Assembly (NCBI GenBank): GCA_951406725.2
Contig: OX597831.1
Span: 23,498,001 to 23,562,000 of the forward strand
Length of the DNA: 64,000 nt
Direction: 5' to 3'
Source: Octopus vulgaris
Lineage: Eukaryota
How positions within the stretch are numbered: position 1 is the first letter of the stretch; each line of letters starts with the position of its first letter. The notes under the pieces were generated by a model. It was not told the DNA's origin and made no database searches. It saw nothing but the letters and a program-made list of their open reading frames with translations. A program made the translations under genes and the position numbers. Below are positions 37,505 to 51,560 of this stretch, one piece after another.

Positions 37505-37783
37505 GTTGAGCAAATCAACCCCAGAACTTATTCTTTGTAAGCCCAGTACTTATACTATCGATTCTTTTGCCAAACCGCTAAGTTATGGGGACCTAAACAC
37601 ATGTTGGGGGTACAAACACAGACACACAAACATGCACACACACACACATATATACATATACGATGGGTTTCTTCCAGTTTCCATCTACCAAATCCACTCA
37701 CAAGGCTTTGGTCGGTCCGAGGCTACACTGAAGACACTTGCCCAAGTAGGACTGAACCCAGGACCATGTGGTTGGTAAGCAAC
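37505..37783 (-). mobile_element. Family B SINE, partial
   Basis: Consensus motifs present. Confidence 0.8.
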
Positions 37784-37859
37784 CTAATAATGATAAACTC
37801 ACCTGTTGTTAGGCGATGTATGAAGGCTTGACAATTTCTTACCAAACTAACACACAGAT

Positions 37860-38090
37860 GATTCATTTATAGGGATCAATGTTTGTGTAGACATCAACTC
37901 ACTATCTCCATCAGATTGACACTACCTGTACAGGTGCACCATGTCCCACATGCCAGATGCAGAAGTGATTGCAGAGCAATATGAAATGCAGTGTTTTGCT
38001 CAAGAACATAACGCAATGCCCAGTCTGGGAATCAAGCCTATGATCTTGCAATTGTGAGTGGAACACCCTAACCACTAAGCCATACACCTT
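37860..38090 (-). mobile_element. Family D-like SINE
   Basis: Head tggcttagtggttagg, atgttcttgagcaaaacac. Confidence 0.65.
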
Positions 38091-38136
38091 CACTACACAC
38101 ACACACACAGATATATATATATATATATATATATAT

Positions 38137-38510
38137 AGGTGCAGATGTGGCCGGGTGGTAAGTAGCTTGCTTATGAACCACATGGTTACGGGTTCAGTCC
38201 CACTTCGTGGCAACTTGGGCAAGTGTCTTCTACTATAGCCTCCGGCTCACCAAAGCCTTGTGAGTGGATTTGGTAGACCGAAGCTGAAAGAAGACTGTCA
38301 TATATGTATATGTGTGTAGCTGTGTTTGTCCCCCGCCATCCTGGTGTGTTTATATCCCCGTAACTTAACAGTTCGGCAAAGAGACCAATAGAATAAGTAC
38401 TAGGCTTACGAAGAATAAGTTCTTGGGTTGATTTGCTCGACTAAAAGTAGTGCTCCAGCATGGTCACAGTCAAATGACTGAAACAAATAAAAGAAAAAGC
38501 AAGAAAAAGA
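38137..38510 (+). mobile_element. Family B SINE
   Basis: Consensus match. Confidence 0.9.
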
Positions 38511-38944
38511 ATATACACACACACACACACACACACATATATTTTTTATATATGGTATGTGTGTGTGTGTTTGTATACATTTGTATTTATGTATAAAGTT
38601 ATGGCTATAAGAATCCTTTTATTATATTTATTCTTTCTCTGTGCCTAACAGAGGAGTAACTGTTTGATTTTGAAAATATTGCTGTTACCATGTGACATTC
38701 GATTCATAGTTTCATTGGATTTTCTATAACAACTATATTTTATATTTTATAAAAAGTAAACTTGTGATTTATTATTTAGTTTAATAAGTATCACACATGA
38801 AACTCTCAGCACTGGAACTTAATTCTGTAGATTTATGTGTATATGAAAGAATATATAGATGGCTTTACTTGCTCGGCATTGAGTCCTGTAGCATCAGTTT
38901 GCAGAAGTGAATCTCTATATATTTTATGTGTATATGAGCTTGTG

Positions 38945-38984
38945 TCTGTGTGTGTGCGTGTGTGTATGTATGAATGTATGCATG

Positions 38985-39018
<34 letters not shown>

Positions 39019-39130
39019 TGTATGTATGTATGTATGTATGTATGTATGGATGGATGGATGGATGGATGGATGGATGGATAGATGGATGGATGGATGTATG
39101 TATTTATGTATGTATGTGTGTATGTATGTA

Positions 39131-39161
<31 letters not shown>

Positions 39162-39180
39162 ATTTTTATGTGTGTATATA
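38945..39180. repeat. Compound (TATG)n/(GATG)n/(TG)n microsatellite
   Basis: Directly visible. Confidence 0.95.
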
Positions 39181-39499
39181 TGCAAATTACTCAAGGCCAT
39201 AAATGTTCTACATTCTTCTTAAGTCTTACGTCTGGCTGGAGTTGATGTTGGACATCTTCAGCACAAATGATGCATGGTTAGTGAGCAGAAGCCTGTGTCC
39301 ACAGCTGCTCTGTTGTCTCCAGAAGAAACAGACACTCTTGTTTGTTTAATTGCATATCAATTCTGGTAAATAATTCTTGGTTCTGTCTCCTCATTCAGAG
39401 TCAGTCGCAGTTGCCATCAGGTGTTTGCTTACTTGCCAAAGTACAGACGATGATCATCAAAACCACCACAACCACCATTACCACCACCACCACCACCAC

Positions 39500-39680
39500 C
39501 ATCATCATCATTTAATGTTTTATCGGTTTTCCATGCTGGCATGGGTTCGACTGTTTAACTGAACTGGAGATGGTAAGCCAGAGAGCTCCACCATGCTCCA
39601 CTCAGTTTTGGCATGGTTTCTATGCCTGGATGCCCTACCTAATGCCAACCACTCTACAGAGTGTACGGGATGCCTGTTAT
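39500..39680 (-). mobile_element. RTE-type (GAT)n-tailed element fragment
   Basis: ttttccatgctggcatgggtt...ctggatgccctacctaatgccaaccactc. Confidence 0.75.
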
Positions 39681-42438
39681 GTTTCACTGACAAAGACAGT
39701 CTATATAAATTAAGCATTCATCTTGTATGGTATTTATTTTATAGATACACAAATACACACATATATGTACACATATACTCACACACATATATACATATAC
39801 ATGCTGAGAGAAAGAGAGAGAGTGAGAGACAGACAGACAATGAGTTACTTTAAATGCAAGAGTTAATGCATAAAAGAGCATAAAAGTTGACTAAACACTC
39901 AGCAATTATATAGTGCTCTGACAACATACTTCTCCATTGTAGATGTTATTTTTCATTCCGCATCAATGGTTTCTCTGCAGTCATGCGGAACACCAAACAA
40001 TATCAATCAGAACAATACTAGAAGGTCTTGCAAAGGTTAGTAGCTCTGCCCCTTCCAACTGACAAAATAACTGTACATAAAGCAAAGGTAATCTATTGAT
40101 ACAAATCTGGGTCAGACAGGTGACACAGGACAAGAATAGTGATAAAGATTGAGCCAATGTCCATTTGGTCGGTAGTCAATAATAAAAATATTTTATTCTG
40201 CTGGTTTTAATGCTCCAGCTGGTTCTTACATTCTTCAATTTTATACAAGTAAAATTTGAAACCTAGTAAGTCTTATTTCATTGTTTAGGCACTGTAGAAA
40301 TTTTCTTTGTTCTATATTTTGAGATCAGACCAACTTGGCAAATCTCAGCTTTTACAATCTGTTTTTGATAAGAATCAGAATTTATATGAATTTAACTTTT
40401 CATTCATCATCATCATTGGTATTCTATGCCCACTTTTCCAAGCTCGCATGGGTTGAATGGAATTTGTTGATATGAATTTCTAATGGCATGATGTCACTCC
40501 TGTTGCTAGCCCTCACCTGTTTGAAAGTAAGGTAATATTTCCCCACGACCAGGTATGTTTTCACAGAAGATTGGAAATAAAGGGTACTGATTGTATGAGA
40601 GTGACTCTTGTTTGCAACTATTACATAGAGACACAGACAAAAACACACAAACACACATAAATACATACACAGATGCATGCATGCACACACACGCACATAT
40701 ATAGATTCAGATGAATTAGGTACTTAAGTTGAGGCACAAGAATTTAGTACAGTATAATCCATACAATTTCAAAATAAGGTGATTAAATATCAAAATAAGT
40801 AACAAGAATATCCAGAGGTAATGCAATACGATCGTTTCAAGCAGATCCATTTAATTGAACAATGTAATCGTTTCATCAATTTAAATGCAGAGCAATCCTC
40901 AGCTGCATAAAGACATAGACATTAAATTAAATTAAAACAGATGGACACATTAGTATAATTTTACCTAAAACCCCCAAGAAGGCAAGGAGATAGACACAGA
41001 ACATGCTGTCTTCACTTCAGCTTAGAATTTTAATTATTCAGTAAAAGAAGGTATAAAAATATTTGTGAAAGAATACAAAGGATTGTAATAAAGATAGACA
41101 AAAAATAAAAAATAAAAGGGATTGCTTGAAACGATTGTACTGCATTACCTCTGGATATACTTGTTGCGTATTTTATTAAATATATATATAAATAATTTAT
41201 ATCAGACAAGTTTGTTTCAGTTTCCATCTACCACATCCACTCACAAGACTCTTGCTGACCCAGAGCTGTAGTAGAAGACACTTGCCCAAGATGTCATGAT
41301 TGAAATTGAACCCGGAACCATATGGTTAGGAAGCAGACTTAGCACACACATTACTGATGGCTGGATCTTAGCATTTGAGTTAACATGTACTATATTGATG
41401 ACATAAATTCTATTAATTTGCAGGTCTTCACTTATATGCACCAAAATCATATGCAATCAACTTGAAAATATATTGTGGAATAAAAAAATATTCTTTTCTA
41501 GAGATACTAACAACCACAATTAACCTAAGTGAGAAAGAATGTTAAGTGACAACCTCAACTGGAAATTGAATCTATATTTCAGATTCAACTTTGAAGGACC
41601 TCATTGCTAACTTGCGTGTTATGGCACTTTAATCATAATTACATGCACTTGTAGTCTGAAAGAAACCAATATTAAAAGAACAGTTGAGCTCGCAGAATTG
41701 TGACTGCATCAGACAAAATGATTAGTGACATTTCTTCTGACTTTGTGCTTTGAGTTCAAATGCATTGAGAGACACAGCAGGAATGACCAAAAGAGAAAAG
41801 ACATGTGGATGAAAGAAGCATGGGTTGAGAAAATATACAGTTAGGCTTTTTTTTTTTTCAGAACAGCACAGAACACCGTAGTATGAATAAAAAAGCCACA
41901 AAGAGGAAAATTATGTCTGTGAGTCTTTAACCAGAGTTTTTATGGTGAACGAATCTTTGTCAGTCAAATGAATAAACCATATGTTGGAATCAATCAAGTA
42001 AAATCAATAGATATTTTTATACAGTAATGGAAAAGTGGAGAACTAAATATTTTTCTTCACAACATTTAGTCTGATGCCAAAGGATTCTGAGATCGAATCA
42101 GACTGATACTGCTTCAGGTCAGTTTGATTTGATATCGATCAAATTCCTTTTGTTTTAGCATTTTAATTATTCAGCAAAAGAAGGTATTAAAATATTTGTG
42201 AAAGAATACAAAGGATTGTAATAAAGATAGACAAAAATAAAAAATGAAAAATTAAATAAAAACAGAAGGAAAAGACTTTAAACATCATAGATATAGATAT
42301 GACAGATAAGCAAATACTGAAAAAATATGTTTTATATTTCTAAAAGTTTAGAGATATATATATATCCCTTTCTTTGAATGTTATGAAAAATAGAGATGGA
42401 ACTGATAAACCTTTGATATAAAAGTGTATATTTACTGG

Positions 42439-42485
<47 letters not shown>

Positions 42486-42804
42486 CCACAAACACACACA
42501 CGCACCCACAAACACACACACACATACTCATATATGTGTATATGTGAACATAGGTATATATGCAAATATATGTGTATATTTGAATATATGTATATATATA
42601 TATATGTGTGTGTGTGTACATATGCATATATATGTAAATATGTTTATATATCTTGTGAACGTATATATACATGTGTGTATATATTTTTATACACAAACAC
42701 ACACACTCATATATATATATATATTTGTGTATATATATATACTTAGTTATAGGTATATATGTATGTATGTATGTATGTATACATGTACATGGATGTATAT
42801 GTCA

Positions 42805-42846
<42 letters not shown>

Positions 42847-43453
42847 ATATCTATATATTTATATGTGTATGTGTGTAAATAAAACAATGGTATTTGGTTT
42901 AGTAGCAGTGAATGAGCTTCATATATATATATATATGTGTGAGAGTGTGTTTGAATGTGTTTCAGGAAAGTATTGGGGGAACTGACAGGTGCTGCCACTA
43001 GTTTCTTCAAAAGTCTGGACACACACACACACACTAAAATGCATCATATGTTCACACACACATACATGCATACACATGCATACACATTATATAGATAATA
43101 TTTATCCTCATTTAAAAGTGTGATGTACTGTTAGAACAAAGAATACTGCAGTAGTTTCTGCATGAGAACCTCTGATAATGGCTTTCGGTGAGTTGAGTAA
43201 AAGAATTCTTGTTTATATTGCTAGCAGGGTGATAAATCACTCACCACCACCTGTTTCAAGATCATGTATGTGTGTGTGTGTATAAATATATATATCGGCA
43301 ATAATTACAACAATATAAAACAGAGACTGGTTCATTCCCAAAATCTATTTCCCCTTATTTCACAATTTCATGCTCCATATTTTTATAGTCTTTATGACCT
43401 TCCCCATGAGAGGAACTTACAGAGTGACTGACAACTAATAGTAGTCATAGATG

Positions 43454-43852
43454 TTAACCCCTTACCCGGCAGAAACGAATATATGCGTTTTGACCGAAAT
43501 CGTTTTTTTCTATCTCTGGCGAGTTAACTCGTCAAAAGATAGACTCGCCAAAATCGACAGCAAACAAGTTCCTTCGTCTATTATAAACTCTTTTTTGACA
43601 TATACGAGTATATTCGCTCACTTTATACGTCTAGCATTTGTAAAAGTAATATGATTTATGAAAAAAACGGGTTAAATCGTTTCTGCCCAAAGTGGCAATT
43701 TAAAATCAATATTATTGAATTAAAATTTATAGTAAATAAGGTTTGAAATATACCTCGAAATCACCATTCAAAACATAGTAAAATAAAACAATTAAAAAAT
43801 ATGTCTGAAAAAATACATATATTTTCAAAATAATTGTTGGGTAAGGGGTTAA
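43454..43852. mobile_element. TTAA-flanked piggyBac-like MITE
   Basis: ttaa-ccccttaccc ... gggtaagggg-ttaa perfect TIRs; CpG-retaining interior. Confidence 0.85.
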
Positions 43853-44342
43853 ATACTGATTGATGTAGTTAGCCAGAATCTGAAACATAACTGAGAGCCA
43901 TCATGGTATCTGTCCGGATAACATACCCTCCAAATTCACACATACACATATATTTATTTCTCTGTGTGCTTGCATGTATGTATGCACAAACATACTTAAT
44001 ATATCATGTATGCATATACTCACACATATACACTATATTTGTTCCCTTTAATCTAAATTGGTGCACATATAAATGCAGGAACTGACATAAGCTGCATAAG
44101 TGTGTATTTCTAGGTTTCTTTTATATATTTCTATGATTCGTTAATCAGTTATAATTGGAGCAAGCAATGCTTGGTATAGATAGAAGTCAGATCTGAAATC
44201 TGTTTATTGCCGTGGTTTCATAGCCTTCAATAAAATTGCATATTGACATATCACACAGAAATACCTTGTTATTAAACCATTTACCATTTATGATCCTGAG
44301 TTTGTGAGTGTACTTGCATAAGTATCTGTTATATATATATAT

Positions 44343-44952
44343 ACACCATATTTTAACGTGTAGAAGTAACAGCCATGTATAAGGAACTCCCTAATTTTGG
44401 GGCTTAAAATTTGGAAAAAGGTATTGTAAGGGATTATATAATACTGTCCATGTATAAGAAAATCCCATATTTTTTATACTCTTTAACTATCTTTTACTTG
44501 TTTCAGTCATTTGATTGCGGCCATTCTGGAGCATCGCCTTTAGCCGAGCAAATCGACACAAGGACTTAATCTTTGTAAGCCTAGTACCCTAGTACTTATT
44601 CTATCGGTTTCTTTTGCTGAACTGCTATGTTATGGGAATGTAAACACACCAGCATCGGTTGTCAAGCAACGTTGGTGGGACAAACACAGGCACACAAGCA
44701 TATACACACATACATATATACGATGGGCTTCTTTTGGTTTCCATCTACCAAATCTACTCACAAGGCTTTGGTCAGTCCGAGGCTATAGTAGAAGACACTT
44801 GCCCAAGGTCACTCCTGCGCGTATACCACACAGCCACTCCTGTGCCTATATCACACAAAAAGGATGGAGAATTCATTCCAATTGAATTGTAGCATGTGCA
44901 TCTTGGATTCTCTTCTAAAAAAAGGGTTCCTTATACACGTTAAAATACAGTA
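44343..44952. mobile_element. Tc2/pogo-like MITE interrupted by a family B SINE (44478-44848, minus)
   Basis: TIRs ccatattttaacgtgta / tacacgttaaaatacag-ta; a second left end at about 44993-45045. Confidence 0.65.
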
Positions 44953-45109
44953 AATATTTATTTATTATGCATGAGTGTCTGTTACATATACGTACCATAT
45001 TTTAACGTGTTTAACAGTCATGTATATGAAAACCCCTAATTTTGCAATCATGTACACAATTCCTCATCTCTTACATATAGGACTGTAATATATATATGTG
45101 TATGTACAT

Positions 45110-45360
45110 ATCATCATCATCATCATCGTTTAACATCCGTTCTCCATGCTAGCATGGGTTGGACGGTTCGACTGGGGATCTGGGAAGCCAGAAGGCTGCA
45201 CCAGGCTCCAGTCTGATCTGGCAGTGTTTCTACAGCTGGATGCCCTTCCTAACGCCAACCACTTTGTGAGTGTAGTGGTTGCTTTTTACATGCCACCTGC
45301 ACAGGTGCCAGGCAAGGCTGGCAACGGCCACGGTCGGATTTGTGCATTTTACGTGCTACC
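45110..45360 (-). mobile_element. RTE-type (GAT)n-tailed element
   Basis: Matches 28410-28785 and 54240-54458. Confidence 0.85.
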
Positions 45361-45718
45361 GAATCATACATGTGTATGTATGTGTGTGCATATATATATA
45401 TATATATAAATATATATGCATATATGTATGTATATATATTTATGTGTGTTTGTATTTATGTGAGTAAGTTCATATATTTCTTCCTCTGTATGTATGTTTA
45501 CTAACTGTAAACAAAAAGATCATTCTGACAGTGTCATTTGTTTCTAATTAATTATCTCCAAGTTGTCTGTTGCTCAATATACAAGGGAATAATTACCTTG
45601 ATTGGAAATGGATGAAGGTTGGCAGCATGAAGAATGTCCAGCCATAGAACACCTGCCTCAATGAATTCCACTCCCCATGCTGCAAGCCTGGAAATGTTGA
45701 TGCTGAGATGATGCTAAA

Positions 45719-45760
<42 letters not shown>

Positions 45761-47399
45761 CATTATTAAACACCTAAGCACACACATCCATCCTTCTTCT
45801 TTGCTTTCTGTTCATGGTTGGGTTATTCTTCTAGAGAATGGGGCAGACAAAAGCTCTACGAGTGGACCTGGAAAGTGGAAAGTGAAAGAAGCTCATTCCG
45901 TGATATTATATGCAGACACACAAGCACGTGCATATCTATGTTTGTATATATTCACACATATATTTCTGAAAACTGCTGAGCTATGAGTGGTAATGCTTTT
46001 AGCATTTCGTTTGTCCACAAATCATACACTGATTTTGCACTTCAAAGTCATGTGAAATAAAAGATTTCTTAATTGAATATAAAAAAAAACACAGTACCCG
46101 ATTTAACATGGAGAGCATCCACCTCTAAAACAAAGCCTCAATAAAACATTCACCTAATGCCAGTTAATATGGATGTTTTTATAAAAAAATATGCATGTTT
46201 ATGTATATATATACATATATTCATATAAAAAGATAGATGTAGATACAATTATTATTTATATGCATATAAGTATATATATGTGCATATATATCTATATTAT
46301 ATGTATAAGATTTCTATAGATATGTATATGTGTGTGTTTGTGTATAAGTGCATATGTATGAGTGTGTGTATATATACATATAAATGTGTGCACGTGTACA
46401 CACAGCAAGAGATAGATGCATGCCCATACAATTTACTCCACTCACTTTTCCTCTAAGCACGTTCATATGAAATAAATACAGGCATGCCATCATCTCATCA
46501 CCATGACTATGAATAAATTTCAGGTCACTACAAACATGTATGGGTTCAAATGTTTGTTCATCTATTTATGTTCATGCCATAACTGATATCACAGCATGCA
46601 GTCTTTGATGGAACATTGATGGATATAGCATAGCAATTCTTTCCTATTGATTCTAGTTTCAATGAAAATTTCTACCTGAAACACAAACTTCTTTTCCCAT
46701 AATGACATAAACCTTAACACATGGAAGGACGAAAGCAGTTATAAAGTTGCAAATATTTTTCCAGTGGTTATCTCCACATCAATCTATTTATTAGTTGTTT
46801 ATTCTATAAATTTAACGTTTTTATAACCTCTTTTTTTATTTTTGCGGCAATTCTATGCCGATATGAATTGCGGCGTCATAAGCGTTGTGGTAATAACCAT
46901 TTGATTTTTCCGAAATATTCGGTAAAAAGATTTTCATTAACGTTTCGTATCTGCTTTCATTTAAAGATAGAATACCGCTGTGTGATGACTTACCTCTTCA
47001 ACCTCTCAAAGAAAATGCTGGAGGCTGGATTTCTCGCTATGCCTTGATCTGAACAAAAAATAATGAAATCTGCATGGCTTTGTGGGCTTGTTTGATGAGC
47101 TTCACACACAACAGCGTCATTCTTCTCCTCAACCGATTCCAACAGCTACAACATCATAACTCTAAACATAGGCATAAAATGCCTGCCATTGGCAATAATG
47201 GATTCTATTGTTACATATGTCAGGAGGTTATTGTATGTTATACCGTTAACCTTAAATGTGTAGACAGAAATGAGACAAACATAAGAACAAACACACTCGC
47301 ATACGTATCTGCATGCAAATAATATACATCAACAGATAATGCATGTACATGTGTCTGTTTGTCTCTTCTTCTATATTCTCTTCTTTTTGTACTCACTGC

Positions 47400-47409
47400 C
47401 TAATATATA

Positions 47410-47471
<62 letters not shown>

Positions 47472-47627
47472 CATATATATATGAATACACACACACACGC
47501 ACATATATATATATACACACACAAATACTTTGATAGGTTTCAGCCAGTATTGGCCCAGGCCATTTCTAACTTAATAGCACCACTTGACAAAATGAATATC
47601 TATGTATACATGTATTTATATATAAAC

Positions 47628-47675
<48 letters not shown>

Positions 47676-47774
47676 CTATATGTATATATATATATATATA
47701 TATGTAGATATTCATATATGTCTATCTATCTATATATATACACACACACATATACATGTATATATAAATATATG

Positions 47775-47819
<45 letters not shown>

Positions 47820-47875
47820 GTATGTATATATATGTATATGTGTGTGTGTTTGTATACATATGTATACATCTATAT
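47400..47875. repeat. (TA)n-rich microsatellite field
   Basis: Directly visible. Confidence 0.9.
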
Positions 47876-48293
47876 AGGACTCCTTCCATGCTAGAAAGAG
47901 CGGTTAAATTCGAAACCACCATTAGGGATAAAACTTCGAAGGGATTGAAAAATAAAAACATTTACCATCTGACTCCTGGACCATGGTTTCAGACATATTT
48001 TAGCAAATAAAATAATTTGCTAGGCGAAGTTTTCTTCAGCATCTACACCCTAGATTAAACATATATACACGAGGCAACCCAGTACATGCCCTATACTTAT
48101 ACGTTCTAATTTTTCAAATCTACAGCGCAAGCGCAGCTCCTTGTCGGTAGTAGAAAAATAATGCTGGCTTCTCAATTTGAAAATTATTCAGAAAAAATTA
48201 TCAATAATTAAGGAAATCAAGGGTAATAAGAAATATTAGAAATTTCTACTAGTACATGGATGCCTCTAATGTGTTCAGATGTATACTGTATTC

Positions 48294-48330
<37 letters not shown>

Positions 48331-48350
48331 CATATATATATGTATGTATG

Positions 48351-48382
<32 letters not shown>

Positions 48383-48553
48383 CATATATATATGTATGTA
48401 TGTATATATATATATGTGTATATATATTTATATATGCAGACACATGCACACACACATATGTATGTATGGGTGTGTGTGTGTATTAGTTTATCACCACCGG
48501 ACAAACAGTGCTGGTGTGTTTAATTCCACATAACCGCTCTTTCTCTCTCTCTT

Positions 48554-48607
<54 letters not shown>

Positions 48608-48723
48608 GCATATGATGTAAAGCAGGACTGGAAAAATCAACCAACCAGCAAACCGACCAACATTAATTTCAGTGATTTACATGTGTGTGCGTGTTTGAAC
48701 ATATTCCATATGTGAATGTATTG

Positions 48724-48770
<47 letters not shown>

Positions 48771-49926
48771 TATACATGTATACGTACATATACACATACA
48801 GACACACACAAATACACATGTATACATGCATACACACACACACACGCTAACATATAATGCATCCGATACCTCATCATCATCATCATCATCATTATCGTTT
48901 TCTTCTACCAACACCTTTTCCATGCCTGCATGGATCAGACAGAATTCATTGAAGCAGATTTTCTCTTGGAGGATGTCCTTCCTGCCAGTGACCTCCCCCC
49001 CTCTTCACTTGTTTCCAAATAAGATAATATTTCTCCATGGCCAGACATGATTTTTTTCAATGAAGTCTTGAAAGAAACAACATCTCCTTTGTCTCATAAT
49101 GAATCTCATATAACCATTACATGCTATCAAAACAAGGACACACACACACACACACACACATACATACACACACACATACACACACATATACATATACACA
49201 CACAAACAAACATGTATGGTAGGCTTGTTTCTTTTTTTTTTTATATTTGCTAAACCCACTCTCAAAGCTTTGGTCATCTTGCGGCTATTTTAGGAGACAC
49301 TTGCCCCAGGTCCCATGCGATGTTACTGAAACCATATGCTCGAGAAGCCAGCTTCTTACGTACACAAAAACTATATATTAATATTACGGGATCATATGAC
49401 TGACCAGACTATCAGACGTCTTTACACATCATTGGTCACAATGTTCTTTTGCCTCATTTTAGCCACCCCACTGGCTAGATGAACAGGTGAATGTCCTGCT
49501 CGATCAGAGGGCTAGTCCTTTGCAAGGTCACCCATTTACAGCTCAGTGAACTGGAACAAGGTGACGTGAAGTATTTTGCTCAAGAGCACAACATGCTGCT
49601 CGGCCCAAGGATTGAACCAACAACCTAGCAATTGTGAGTGCAATATCCTAATCGCTAGGTCACACTCCTTGACATATATATGTTAAGTATATAGTTAGGG
49701 TAAATCCCAGCTGTGTGTGTATGTCTGCATATGGGTGTACGTGTGTGTGTGTGTCTCTTGCTCTCTTTTCTTCTCTCACCAGCATTGTCTGTGCTGCTCC
49801 TAATTACTATACAAAGCAATATGAAATGAAGTGTTTTGCTCAAGAACACAATGCTCAGTCCAAAACAGGAATCAAACCCATGATCCTGTGATTATGAGTG
49901 CAACTGGACCATGTACATATATTCTT

Positions 49927-50080
49927 TTACTTATTTACATTATTTACATTTGACAGATGTTTGTCCTCATCTTGTTTGTTGTTAACACAGCGTTTCGGCA
50001 GATGTACTCTCCTGCCTTCACCAGGTGTCTTGGGGAAATTTCGAACCTAGGTTCTCATTCCTAAGGTATTTTCCGATGTT
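49927..50080 (-). mobile_element. PLE terminus with hammerhead-like motif (49984-50029)
   Basis: Reverse complement: gacac-ctggtga-a-ggcag..ctgcc-gaaa-cgct-gtgtt; same family as 2660-2836. Confidence 0.7.
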
Positions 50081-50165
50081 ATATATATATATATGTGTGT
50101 GCGTGTATATGTGTGCGTATGTGTGTGTGTGTAGAAGGTTGAAAAGTAACACACAAATTCATATG

Positions 50166-50518
50166 TATAAGGAAAATAAGACAAGGTAGAAAATGCTAAA
50201 ATGATTTTATCATGGAGAACATTTTAGTACCGGTTTCAACCTTTGCGACTTTTTCAACTTTGAGTAAATCATGAAAAACAGTTAATTTGTGGGAAAATTT
50301 AATGAAAAGTTTTTTTTTTTATATATTTCCATAGTTTTCAAATAGGTAGGACATTTTCCATTTACTGCCTTTCTCCTTTTTACTTTTGTGAAGGCTCGGT
50401 AAGTAGGTAGGTAGGTAGTAGCAGATTTAAAGAAATATTTAATATGACTTCAACCGGGTAATAAAGTGTTCTTCACAATAAAATTATTTTAGCATTTTCT
50501 ACCTTGTCTTATTTTCCT

Positions 50519-50522
<4 letters not shown>
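50166..50522. repeat. Inverted repeats of about 70 bp around a 220-bp spacer (PLE termini or MITE)
   Basis: tataaggaaaataagacaaggtagaaaatgctaaaat / attttagcattttctaccttgtcttattttccttata. Confidence 0.8.
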
Positions 50523-50558
<36 letters not shown>

Positions 50559-50588
50559 TACATACATATATATATACATACATACAAT

Positions 50589-50822
50589 AGGGCGGCGAGC
50601 TGGCAGAAACGTTAGCACGCCGGGCGAAATGCTTAGCCGTATTTCGTCTGCCGTTAAGTGTTCTGGGTTCAAAATCCGCCGAGGTCGACTTTGCCTTTCA
50701 TCCTTTCGGGGTCGATAAATTAAGTACCAGTTACGCACTGGGGTCGATGTAATCGACTTAATCCCTTTGTCTGTCCTTGTTCGTCCCTTCTATGTTTGGC
50801 CCCTTGTGGGCAGTAAAGAAAT
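50589..50822 (+). mobile_element. Young full-length family C SINE
   Basis: CpGs retained; A/B-box-like gctggcagaa / gggttcaaaatcc; inserted in (TA)n. Confidence 0.9.
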
Positions 50823-50828
50823 ATATAT

Positions 50829-50887
<59 letters not shown>

Positions 50888-51379
50888 TACATAGAGAGAG
50901 AGAAAGTATTAAAAGTTATCTTTTTCCAGATCTACTTTGTTGTGGCTTTCATTGTATGTTCGAATGGGTACATGAGTACAATTGTGTTTCTCTCTCTGTC
51001 TTGAGGCAGCCAAACACTTTTGGTGTAGACATGTAGATATAACTTATAACATCCGCACCATTCTCAAAGGTATCTGTAATGTAAATGAAGAGAAATTGTT
51101 TCAACTGGGTATCAAAACAATGTTACTGATTCAGTTAACTGGCAAGTCACATTTACATTACAAACGTAGATACAAATGCCTGTAAATTATTAATTCATGT
51201 ACAGTGTGTGTGTAAATATGTATTTGTGTGTGTACAAACACACGCCACTAACACTCACAGAGATAGCTAGAGAGATAGAGGTATAGATAGAGAGCAAAAT
51301 AAATAAGTGGATAGATGGATGGATGGATGAATGAATAGATAGATAGATACATACACACATATGTATGCACACACAAAAA

Positions 51380-51380
51380 C

Positions 51381-51457
<77 letters not shown>

Positions 51458-51560
51458 CAGATAAACAGATATAGATAGGTAGACTGATAGACAGATATAG
51501 ATAGGTAGATAGATAGACAGATATAGATAGATAGGTAAATGGGTAGATAGCTAAATAGAT
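51380..51560. repeat. (GATA)n microsatellite
   Basis: Directly visible. Confidence 0.95.
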
